NCBI GenBank assembly: GCA_964408475.1
Contig: CAYOZM010000002.1
Span: 1 to 40,435 of the forward strand
Length of the DNA: 40,435 nucleotides
Origin: an uncultured Candidatus Bathyarchaeia archaeon
GTDB taxonomy: Archaea; Thermoproteota; Bathyarchaeia; 40CM-2-53-6; CAYOZM01
Direction: 5' to 3'
Positions 7,888-15,750 of the stretch are shown piece by piece. Each line of letters begins with the position of its first letter. Within the stretch, counting starts at the first letter, position 1. Position numbers and translations under genes: made by a program. The notes beneath the pieces are model-generated. The model worked only from the letters and a program-made list of their open reading frames with translations, was not told where the DNA came from and ran no database searches.

Positions 7888-8089
7888 TTCAAAAACCTCC
7901 TGGAAGCAGAACAACGGGCTAGAGCGTTCTTCTCCCAGCTCATAGGTGTCTAAAGCCCATGCTGGACTTGGTGATCATAAGAATAGTCCTCAGCATGGAA
8001 CACCTATACATCTGGAAGCTTCTCCTAGCCCAGAGTTTACCAAAGTTGATGCATCAAATCAATATATAAAATTTAGTCTCCAGAACGCT

Positions 8090-8731
8090 TTAACGTGTTG
8101 TTGACATAGCTTCTTTTAAACACTTTAAAACCTTAGCCGCACCAAGCATTATCGGGAGCTCTTCTTCTATCTCAATCCCTAACTTCCCGAGCAAGGACCT
8201 TATATCGGTCTTCAAAAATTCTGAATAATATTTACTCTCGTAAAGCTTAGCGAGGTGACGTATCAAATATCTACCGATCTTGTTCTTTGGCAGAGCATAA
8301 TCGACAATTATTAGAATACCTTTCGGCCTGCTAACTCTGACCATTTCCTTTAACACTTTCACCCTAATGGTTGAGGGCATATCATGCAAAGCAAAGGATA
8401 CAGAAGAAACATCGAAACGGTTATCATTAAAAGGCATATTCGTGGCGTCAGCCACCTCAAATTCCACGTTCCCATACTTGTTTTTCTCGCTGGCTACTTC
8501 AAGCATATCTTCAGATAGGTCAATCCCAACGACATCATACCCTCTTCTTGCGAATGCAAATGCTTGTTCTCCAGTTCCAGTGCATACATCTAATATTATT
8601 GAACCCTCTCTCGCGTAAGTGAATTCTACAACTTTATCCCTTACTCCAGAAACAAACAACTCCACCATGTCATAGAAAGGAGCCAATCTTCCAAACCACT
8701 TCTTCGTATATGAGTAATAATCTTCCTTCAT
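8090..8731 (-). CDS. Class I SAM-dependent methyltransferase (UbiE/COQ5-like Methyltransf_11 type)
   Basis: Motif I ILDVCTGTGEQA, motif post-I GIDLSEDML, and later FDVSSVSFALHDMP with RPKGILIIVDY. Confidence 0.85.
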   Translation of the reverse strand: MKEDYYSYTKKWFGRLAPFYDMVELFVSGVRDKVVEFTYAREGSIILDVCTGTGEQAFAFARRGYDVVGIDLSEDMLEVASEKNKYGNVEFEVADATNMPFNDNRFDVSSVSFALHDMPSTIRVKVLKEMVRVSRPKGILIIVDYALPKNKIGRYLIRHLAKLYESKYYSEFLKTDIRSLLGKLGIEIEEELPIMLGAAKVLKCLKEAMSTTR

Positions 8732-9079
8732 TGTCTTTGCCTACATTCTATCTGACTGTAGTAAGCACTCTATCTAACATATTTGCTATAGGAAAAGTTC
8801 TGTTAAGGCGAATTCAAGCGAATCGCAAGGAAGCTTCCTACCCACTATTATGTGGCCGATGTGAGGTCGATGCAAAAATTTGGAAAGCATATGTGGGTTC
8901 CCGAACTCCACTAGAGAATAGCTTTTCTGTCCTCTCAATCTTGACGATAGTTCTTTCTCTCCTATCTCCAATCTTGGTGTTCCCTTGTTTAATCTGGAAA
9001 GTTGCCTATCGATTCTTGAAGACCAAGATTTAACTAACAGAACGGTTGTTCTAGCATAGCGAGGAGGATCAAACTCTAG

Positions 9080-9289
9080 ATGCCGTACTACTGCTTGGAA
9101 TGCGGAGGAGATCTCTCATACGATTCCAAGTTGAAACAATACGCATGCAAGAGCTGCGGCCTGACGTTTACATTCCAGCAATTGATGGAAGGAAAAGACG
9201 AAATGTATGGAGGTAGAGAGACTAGTGAAGAACAACGGAAGAGGAGGCAGAAAGAGTACTTGAAATGGTGGCTCTCGAAGAAGGAGTAG
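9080..9289 (+). CDS. Small zinc-ribbon protein with a basic C-terminal tail
   Basis: 69 aa with CLECGG ... CKSCG (a CxxC-x17-CxxC ribbon) and a Lys/Arg/Glu-rich tail. A strong SD is present (GAGGAGGatcaaactctagATG). Confidence 0.55.
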   Translation: MPYYCLECGGDLSYDSKLKQYACKSCGLTFTFQQLMEGKDEMYGGRETSEEQRKRRQKEYLKWWLSKKE

Positions 9290-9312
9290 ATTGAGTATGC
9301 AAGCTGGCTTCG

Positions 9313-10161
9313 GTGAAATCAGAATTGGCTTGCTCAGTAGAGATAATCTGCGTCGGGAATGAACTTCTAATCGGGAAGACATTGAATACTAATGCTCAAT
9401 GGCTCGCGGATCAAATAACCCGACTCGGCGGCAAAGTCACTCGAATAATAGAGGTCGGGGACGACGTTCAAGAAATCGCCTCTGTAGTAAAGGAAGCTGT
9501 AAGGAGAGAGGTTGACTTCGTAATCACATCCGGCGGCCTCGGACCCACCTTTGACGATAAGACTTTGCAAGGCATTTCCAAAGCAACTGGTAAGAGGTTG
9601 AAGTTGAATCCAGAAGCTTTGAGACTCGTAAGAGACAGGTACAAGGAGATGAGCCCTCCGAAGAGATTGAGGTTAACCAAACCAAGAGTTAAGATGGCTA
9701 TTCTTCCGGAAGGGTCTAGTCCTATACCGAATCCCGTTGGAACAGCACCTGGAGTTCTTGTTGAATATAGAGGGGCGAGGCTGATCTCCCTCCCCGGCGT
9801 CCCGAAGGAATTGAAAGCTATATTTGAGAGGATCATTGCCGAAATGATAAGAAGAAAGTCGGGAGGCGTCGCATTCTACGAATCGAGCATGGTCGTTAGA
9901 GGTATAGTTGAGTCAGCTCTCTCCCCGCTTATCGATAGAGTGATGCGGAGGAACCGAGGGGTATACGTCAAGTCCCATCCGAAAGGGGGGGAGGGAAGAG
10001 GAGGCGCCCTCATTGAACTTCACTTCTCATCGACAGAGAAAGACCGGGAAAAAGCGAGAGAACGAGTGATCAAAGCCATAATCGATATGGCTAGAATCCT
10101 CGGAAAGACAAGATCAGGGCCGCCTCGGAACCCAGGTTGTCCATCACCCTTCAGTTTCTAG
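9313..10161 (+). CDS. MoCF-biosynthesis (MoaB/Mog-fold) domain protein, CinA N-terminal-domain-like
   Basis: EIICVGNELLIGKTLNTNAQWLADQITRLG ... DFVITSGGLGPTFDDKT is the characteristic CinA/MoCF_biosynth N-terminus. The start codon is GTG. Confidence 0.75.
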   Translation: MKSELACSVEIICVGNELLIGKTLNTNAQWLADQITRLGGKVTRIIEVGDDVQEIASVVKEAVRREVDFVITSGGLGPTFDDKTLQGISKATGKRLKLNPEALRLVRDRYKEMSPPKRLRLTKPRVKMAILPEGSSPIPNPVGTAPGVLVEYRGARLISLPGVPKELKAIFERIIAEMIRRKSGGVAFYESSMVVRGIVESALSPLIDRVMRRNRGVYVKSHPKGGEGRGGALIELHFSSTEKDREKARERVIKAIIDMARILGKTRSGPPRNPGCPSPFSF

Positions 10162-10322
10162 CCTGCTCCTCATCGCAGCCTAGGCAAAGTTCATAGTTTT
10201 TTGGATATAAGCTATTCGACTGCCGCGTGAAAGTCGCCCAGATCAGTTCTTCGCAAATCCTACGTACCGATAAAACTTAATTCAAACTCGCGGTTTTTTC
10301 TTTTCAGCGTGAGGCCTCTATT

Positions 10323-11084
10323 TTGTATGCGGTCTTCATTGTTGGGATGGCTGGCTCTGGGAAGTCGGTCTTCACTGCGAGCTTTCTCGATTGGCTTAGG
10401 ATGAGTGACCAGAACGTCGTCAGCTTGAACCTTGACCCGGGAGCTGCGGCTCTCCCTTATAACCCTGATGTTGATGTTAGAGCATACGTCGATCTTGATG
10501 CGTTAATGGAGGAGTACCAGCTTGGACCTAATGGCGCGCTCTTGATGGCTGCTGACTTGGTCGGCGATCATATCGAAGAGATAAAGGAGAGCGTTGAGGA
10601 TTCTGGGCCAGATATCGTTTTGGTCGATACACCTGGACAGATAGAGCTCTTCGCTTTTAGAGAGAGCGGCCCCTACATCTCGCATGCGCTAACGGATGAT
10701 TCGAGTGCGGTTCTATATCTCTTCGACGCACCTTTCTGTAGAAGCCCATTGAATTATGTTTCTAACATGTTTATGGCCGCGGCTGTCTACAATAGGCTTC
10801 TACAACCTCAAATCTACATGTTGACGAAGACTGATCTCGTTACATCTGATGAGCTCGATCAAATGGTGAGTTGGTCTGAGGAGATTGAGCGGCTTGAACA
10901 TGCTCTAGAGGTACGTTTAGGGAGAACGGCTTCGCTTATCAGCATAGATCTAGCTCGTTCGATTACTCGAACAGGCTTGAATTTCGAACCGATACCTGTC
11001 TCTTCGAAAGAGAAGGCAGGGTTCGCGGAGGTCAACGCTGCGTTAACTCGGGTATTGACCGGCGGCGAAGAACTGAAACCTTGA
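10323..11084 (+). CDS. GPN-loop GTPase
   Basis: P-loop GMAGSGKS, the eponymous Gly-Pro-Asn motif in LGPNGALL, DTPGQIELF (G3), and TKTD (G4). The start codon is TTG. Confidence 0.9.
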   Translation: MYAVFIVGMAGSGKSVFTASFLDWLRMSDQNVVSLNLDPGAAALPYNPDVDVRAYVDLDALMEEYQLGPNGALLMAADLVGDHIEEIKESVEDSGPDIVLVDTPGQIELFAFRESGPYISHALTDDSSAVLYLFDAPFCRSPLNYVSNMFMAAAVYNRLLQPQIYMLTKTDLVTSDELDQMVSWSEEIERLEHALEVRLGRTASLISIDLARSITRTGLNFEPIPVSSKEKAGFAEVNAALTRVLTGGEELKP

Positions 11085-11215
11085 CTCAGCTTCATCGATA
11101 ATGTTAAGTAGGTGAATTAGCCTAGTTGGCGCTAGGTCAAATAACCTAGAAGGCAACCCGCATATCCAACTGGCTCGAAGCGCTCCTCTCCCAAAACTTT
11201 GCAGGTATCCCGTTA

Positions 11216-11860
11216 TTGGGCGTAATCGCAGCGGCACTTTGGATATCCATCCTAGGGTTGTTCATGGTTAGAAGGAAGCTGGGAATAATCGATATCTGTG
11301 CAGTCGCTTCCATGGTCGCCTTATCTTTGGCTACAAACTACTTGTTGATTTGGCTGCCCAACGTGAAGATCATGGATTTGATCGTCTTCTCAAGCGGCTT
11401 CTACTTCGGGACCTTCGTCGGCATATGCACTGGAGCTTTGATCTGGGCTGTCTACGGCAGCTTGAACCCTTATGGATTCGACTTCTTGATATGGATAGCT
11501 GCGATGATTTGCGAGTCGATTTACGGTATAGTCGGCGGCTCTTTGAGAAGGTTCAACCCAAGCATCTTCGAGAAGTCTCTGGGGAAAAGACGACTATTAT
11601 TCAGCTATGAAGTCGCTCTAGCAGGGCTTCTAGCTACTTTTGTATACGACCTCTTAACTAACCTCGCTAGCGGCATCTCTTTCTCATGGCTTTACTTCGG
11701 TTCAGTCAAGTGGCCGATTGTAGCTGGCATAATGGTTTCAGGAGTGCCTTTCGCTCTGATCCACGAGTTTAGTAATGCGGTGTTGTTCTTCTTCGGAGCT
11801 GTTCCGTTATTGTTAGCTTTGAAGGAGTTGAGAGAACATGGCTACTCAAAACTCAAGTAG
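11216..11860 (+). CDS. Polytopic membrane protein, ECF-transporter S-component-like (substrate unknown)
   Basis: 214 aa with about 6 hydrophobic helices and a small size typical of ECF S components. It overlaps the next gene by 23 nt. The family call is tentative. Confidence 0.45.
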   Translation: MGVIAAALWISILGLFMVRRKLGIIDICAVASMVALSLATNYLLIWLPNVKIMDLIVFSSGFYFGTFVGICTGALIWAVYGSLNPYGFDFLIWIAAMICESIYGIVGGSLRRFNPSIFEKSLGKRRLLFSYEVALAGLLATFVYDLLTNLASGISFSWLYFGSVKWPIVAGIMVSGVPFALIHEFSNAVLFFFGAVPLLLALKELREHGYSKLK

Positions 11861-12326
11861 AGAAGTTAGAGTATGGAGGTTGGCAGCTGTCAGTTTCTTG
11901 TGTTGGGCTATAGTTACAACATCGCTTGCAGCTTTCTACTATGGGCAGTACAGTATGCTTGAAGATAGAGTTGGCAAATCTGTTCTAACCCTCGAGATTG
12001 TATTGGACTATGGAAATGGAACCACGTATAGAACTTGGCATCATGATGTCGCTTCTGTATCTGGAGAATCTCTACTGAGTGTGACGAGCAGACTTGCCGA
12101 ATTGAATTATACTATGGGAGGCTTAGGTGCATTCGTAGTATCGATTAACGGAGTCAAAGGCAATAGTACTCATGGTTGGCTTTGGTACAGATGGGATTCG
12201 ACTGAGAAGATATGGATCCTCGGAGAGACCGGTTGCGACAAATATCTGGTTGCTGATGGAGATTTGCTGATTTGGTCTTTCACAGCCTATTCCAGTTGGC
12301 CTCCTCCTCTACCAGAACCACCATAA
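11838..12326 (+). CDS. Membrane-anchored DUF4430-like protein (domain related to the C-terminal B12-binding domain of transcobalamin/intrinsic factor)
   Basis: It has an N-terminal TM anchor (WRLAAVSFLCWAIVTTSLAAFYY). The segment GGLGAFVVSINGVKGNSTHGWLWYRWDSTEKIWILGETGCDKYLVADGDLLIWSF matches the recalled DUF4430 pattern (G.fv.sING...g.WmY.vNg....g...y.l.dGD.i.W.y). GGAG lies 11 nt before the ATG. Confidence 0.55.
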   Translation: MATQNSSREVRVWRLAAVSFLCWAIVTTSLAAFYYGQYSMLEDRVGKSVLTLEIVLDYGNGTTYRTWHHDVASVSGESLLSVTSRLAELNYTMGGLGAFVVSINGVKGNSTHGWLWYRWDSTEKIWILGETGCDKYLVADGDLLIWSFTAYSSWPPPLPEPP

Positions 12327-12361
12327 GAGAGTTTAAGGAAAATACTTGATGGGTATAACAT

Positions 12362-12952
12362 TTGTCGAAGAGGCTCTCTGAGCTCAACGAGCTATTCTTC
12401 CTCCTAATCGTCCAGAAGGAAGCTACTGTTGGACGCTACCGCCTCAGCTCTATGCTCGAGATGCCTGAAGGGGTCGTTCGTGGGATAATGAGATCTTACG
12501 AGAGAGAGGGATATACTAAGAGCAGACCGAAGGTTGGAACTTTCTTAGCGAAGACTGGGGAGGCTAGAATAGACGCGATCTTTAAGAGTGCCAATATCAG
12601 GAGCATGAAGATATACGATTTCGATGTTTTCGGCGTTGGCCCGATCAACGTCGCCCTTCAAGTTCAAGCCGTAGCGGACAAGGTCAGATCAGGGGTTGAT
12701 CAAAGGGATGCTGCTGTGAAGGCTGGTGCGAAGGGAACTTTGATTTTGAGTTATGAGGAAGGAACTCTGAGGATCCCAGGTACCTCTGAAGACGTGTGCA
12801 CTTTGAGCCCTGAAGACTCCAGAAGACTCTTGAGAGAATTCTCATTATCAGAGGGCGATGTGGTCCTAGTCAGTTTTGCTGAGGAATGGTGGCGAGCACT
12901 TAGGGGGGCGCTGTCTGCTGCATTCACTTTTAGGGAGAGCGCTCGGAACTAG
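12362..12952 (+). CDS. DUF4443-like protein: N-terminal winged-HTH-like region plus a conserved C-terminal domain of unknown function (paralogue 1)
   Basis: 196 aa and clearly paralogous to the ORF at 39170..39787. Compare VGRYRLSSMLEMPEGVVRGI with VGRAGLSEKLQLGEGATRTL, VADKVRSGVDQRDAAVKAGAKGTLIL with AASKVRNGIEQRDSAVRVGASGAVTL, and GDVVLVSFAEE with NDVIIVGGAET. The DUF name is from memory. Confidence 0.6.
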   Translation: MSKRLSELNELFFLLIVQKEATVGRYRLSSMLEMPEGVVRGIMRSYEREGYTKSRPKVGTFLAKTGEARIDAIFKSANIRSMKIYDFDVFGVGPINVALQVQAVADKVRSGVDQRDAAVKAGAKGTLILSYEEGTLRIPGTSEDVCTLSPEDSRRLLREFSLSEGDVVLVSFAEEWWRALRGALSAAFTFRESARN

Positions 12953-13635
12953 ATCGTCCATTTAAGAGAAACACTATAGTAAGACTCAGGAATCTTGACC
13001 ATCGAAAGCTCCTTCGCCAGATCGTTGAGATGACCTAAGCCCACAACTGCAACGATCGTTCCCAAAGTTGAAGCTAGAATCGAAGCCAGCCGTTGAACTA
13101 TGTATCTATTCCGTTCTTCAACCAAGCATCTATAAAGGCTTGGGTAGCGATTCTTGAATTTCAACACAAGTTCATCCGGCGACCTAGGAATGTTCTTTTC
13201 GACTTTTACGCCGACGAGGATCGTTACAAGCGCGAGAATGCTATCCAAAACCAGTCGAGATTTCTCTCGGAACGGTATGGATCGAATCCTCTGGATAATC
13301 TCTTGGATAGGCATATCTATGAACTCGATCCTCGCACCGATCCTTGCAGCAGCATCTGTCGCCTCAACCATCTCAGCACCAGGAAAGACTCCGGTCTTCT
13401 CTCCAGCAGTTCTTTCGAGGATCGCAAGCAGCCAAGGGATAACTCCAAACCTGAATGTGGGCATCAGAGGTGTCTCAACTCGAGTCTTCAGGAGGTGGTA
13501 TCTGTCTTCGCAAAGTTCTAGAGCAACGACGGAAGGTTTCTTTTCAAAGATTATCTTCTTCACATTCTCTACACTAGATTTCTGCACGTGGACAGTTCCA
13601 ACCATAATCAAGCGGCCGATCGAGACGATTGACAT
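12949..13635 (-). CDS. TraB/PrgY-family protein
   Basis: MVGTVHVQKSSVENVKKIIFEKKPSVVALELCEDR is the TraB-family signature (GTaHVS...VavELc..R). I trimmed the track ORF (to 13860) to ATG 13635. The longer version has no family-like N-terminus and would overlap the divergent gene. Confidence 0.75.
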   Translation of the reverse strand: MSIVSIGRLIMVGTVHVQKSSVENVKKIIFEKKPSVVALELCEDRYHLLKTRVETPLMPTFRFGVIPWLLAILERTAGEKTGVFPGAEMVEATDAAARIGARIEFIDMPIQEIIQRIRSIPFREKSRLVLDSILALVTILVGVKVEKNIPRSPDELVLKFKNRYPSLYRCLVEERNRYIVQRLASILASTLGTIVAVVGLGHLNDLAKELSMVKIPESYYSVSLKWTI

Positions 13636-13729
13636 TGGCTTAACACTTAATATTCGATACGAACAATTAGGGTAGTCAGAGTTAAATGTTACAACTTTGC
13701 GAGCGAGAAGCTGCGGAAGCGGATTGGCG

Positions 13730-14455
13730 ATGAATCGAAAGTCGACAGAAGTTATTAGGAGAGCTCTTAAAGAAGGAAGGAAGAATCTTCTAGAACCTGA
13801 AGCCAAGACCATATGCCTTGAATATGGAATACCGACACCCGAGTTCGCGGTTGCTCTCACTGTGCACGAAGCCGTCGAGTACGCGGAGAAGTTCGGCTAC
13901 CCAATCGTCCTTAAGATAGTTTCTCCCGACATACTTCACAAGACCGAGGCCGGCGGAGTTCTCGTTGGATTGAATAATACTGCAGAAGTCGAGGCTGGCT
14001 ACAGGAAGATCTTGGAAAGCGCGAAGAGCTACAGACCCTCAGCGAAACTACTCGGTGTATTGGTGCAGAAGATGGCTCCGCCCTCCACGGAAGTTATAGT
14101 AGGTGGGCTCAAGGACCCTCAATTCGGGCAGACTTTGATGTTCGGCCTCGGAGGGATCTTCGTTGAGATTCTGAAGGACGTTACATTTCGAATAGCCCCT
14201 ATAGAGGAAGAGGAAGCTAGGGAGATGATAAAGGAGACCAAGGCCTACCCAATGCTGAAGGGCTATAGGAACCAGCCGCCTGTCGATGAAGAAGCTATCG
14301 TAAAGATACTTCTGCGAGCATCGGACTTGATTATGGAGAACCCAGAGATCAATCAGATGGACTTGAACCCTATCATTGTTTATGAGAAAGGAGCTACCGT
14401 CGTGGATGCTCGAATAATCCTAGAAGATCTAAGCGGTCAGAATGCTGGGTCCTAA
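13730..14455 (+). CDS. acdB: ADP-forming acetyl-CoA synthetase (ACD) beta-subunit-like ATP-grasp protein
   Basis: EAKTICLEYGIPTPEF ... FGYPIVLKIVSPDILHKTEAGGVLVGL ... INQMDLNPII is the typical ATP-grasp_5/ACD-beta pattern. The start is taken at ATG 13730 (MNRKSTEV). No alpha subunit is present in the window. Confidence 0.8.
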   Translation: MNRKSTEVIRRALKEGRKNLLEPEAKTICLEYGIPTPEFAVALTVHEAVEYAEKFGYPIVLKIVSPDILHKTEAGGVLVGLNNTAEVEAGYRKILESAKSYRPSAKLLGVLVQKMAPPSTEVIVGGLKDPQFGQTLMFGLGGIFVEILKDVTFRIAPIEEEEAREMIKETKAYPMLKGYRNQPPVDEEAIVKILLRASDLIMENPEINQMDLNPIIVYEKGATVVDARIILEDLSGQNAGS

Positions 14456-14537
14456 ATAGTTTCCTTGAAACACCTCTTGATCTATAGACTCCGAAAGTCC
14501 AATCAATACGTTTTGACGATGCTTCTTCGATGAAGAA

Positions 14538-15302
14538 ATGGCCTTGATCAAGTCTAGAGAAAATGAGGTCTTCTCCGACCTTCGAATCCCGCAGAAAAAT
14601 GAGTTCTTCATCCGCTTAGACGGCTGGAGATTCAATAGACTTTGCAAATCGCTTGATGTAGAAAAGCCTTTTGACGTAAGAATTGCTAGATGCTTAGTCC
14701 ACGCGGCCAGAGCGGTCTACTCTTCAGGCTTCGCACCTTCACTATGCTATCTTTGTAGCGACGAGGTGAATCTACTGTTCCTACCTCCTCCGCCATTTAA
14801 CGGTCGTGTAGAGAAACTGGATTCCGTTCTTGCAAGCATCATCTCATGTGGATTTACATTAGCGATCAACGAAATCTTCGGAAAGAAGACGGCTGCCGAG
14901 TTCGATTCAAGAGTCATCCTCACACCGGCTGAACTCATCTTCGAGTATCTCACGTGGAGGCAAAGAGAGTTGAATGGAAACTACCTTAACGCGTACGGAT
15001 ACTGGACTCTAATTAGAGAAGGACTGAATCCTAGAACCGCTGCAGACAAACTCAAAGGATTGGATGCGACTGAGATAGCGAAACTGATCGCTAAGCACGG
15101 AGTCGATCTATCGGAGAAGCCGATATGGCAGAGAAAAGGCATATTGCTCTACAGGAAAACTTCTGTGAAATACCGGCCTAGGGTCGGGAAGATCACGAGA
15201 ACACGTCTTGAAGAAGATTGGGCTCCGCCTGACTTAGCGAGTAGAAATGGGAGAGCACTGGTCCGCCAGATTTTATCGCAGTGTAGAAAAGGAAAGAGAT
15301 GA
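14538..15302 (+). CDS. thg1: tRNA(His) guanylyltransferase Thg1-like protein
   Basis: FIRLDGWRFNRL ... KPFD ... LCYLCSDEVNLLF matches Thg1-family motifs (RlDG..F, SDEiS). The protein is 254 aa. Confidence 0.8.
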   Translation: MALIKSRENEVFSDLRIPQKNEFFIRLDGWRFNRLCKSLDVEKPFDVRIARCLVHAARAVYSSGFAPSLCYLCSDEVNLLFLPPPPFNGRVEKLDSVLASIISCGFTLAINEIFGKKTAAEFDSRVILTPAELIFEYLTWRQRELNGNYLNAYGYWTLIREGLNPRTAADKLKGLDATEIAKLIAKHGVDLSEKPIWQRKGILLYRKTSVKYRPRVGKITRTRLEEDWAPPDLASRNGRALVRQILSQCRKGKR

Positions 15303-15413
15303 GCGGGGGAAGAAAGAGGCTAATCGATTCGATTGCTAAACCTGATATATGACGTATCTACTCCTAATCCTAATATTCACTGAAAGAAGGAGATTCTGAG
15401 TAAGGTAAGAAGG

Positions 15414-15731
15414 ATGGCTAGAATTCAGTCTACTGTTGACAAGGCTAGGAGGTTGCAAGGAACAACGATAGATATTCAAGAGATGTCTGAGACGAAGAAG
15501 GATGAGTATGATAATGTATGGAAGAAGTGCATCTTCACTGTTAGACTGGTGGGCTTCTCGAAGAGGACGCCCGACGAGCCGCTGCCTGAAAGCTTGAGAG
15601 ATAAAGAAGTGAAACTTATTCGATGGTGCTGCTTCGATTGGCACTACACCAAAGGTGCAAGGAAGACTTTGAATCCCGATGAGACCGAGGCGGTTCTGAA
15701 AGGGACTCCTACGAGTACTGTATACTGGTAG
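15414..15731 (+). CDS. Hypothetical protein (105 aa, no recognisable motif)
   Basis: The ATG is preceded by a purine-rich aagaagg. The composition is protein-like (MARIQSTVDKARRLQGTTIDIQEMSETKKDEYDNVWKKCIFTVRLVGF...). The opposing 137-aa ORF (15336..15749) looks less protein-like. Confidence 0.35.
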   Translation: MARIQSTVDKARRLQGTTIDIQEMSETKKDEYDNVWKKCIFTVRLVGFSKRTPDEPLPESLRDKEVKLIRWCCFDWHYTKGARKTLNPDETEAVLKGTPTSTVYW

Positions 15732-15750
15732 GCTAGAGTCGAACGGCAAA

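Noticed and set aside
7512-7922. Plus-strand 136-aa ORF covering the small-ORF pair
   Set aside because: It has no SD and a Ser/Leu/Pro-rich, low-information composition. The minus strand has a perfect GGAGG-N8-ATG and an overlapping two-ORF arrangement.
8710-9033. 107-aa plus-strand ORF in the long spacer, with a TM-like C-terminus
   Set aside because: Its start overlaps the methyltransferase 5' end. It has no internal ATG or SD and no recognisable motif. It is kept only as a possibility under the spacer finding.
13093-13675. Two long plus-strand ORFs (142 and 173 aa) antisense to the TraB gene
   Set aside because: They have no motifs or SD and lie fully within a gene with a clear family signature on the other strand. 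They are typical shadow ORFs. The same applies to the many 60-120-aa antisense ORFs inside ABCE1, top6, gcvP, metG and btuCD.
13636-13860. N-terminal 75-codon extension of the TraB-family ORF in the track (12949..13860)
   Set aside because: The extension has no TraB-like sequence and would overlap the divergently transcribed ACD-beta gene. The family-typical N-terminus (GTVHV...) begins right after ATG 13635.
14575-14595. TTCGAATCC, resembling a tRNA T-loop
   Set aside because: It lies inside the Thg1 coding frame and lacks the preceding GG and any acceptor or anticodon stem complementarity.
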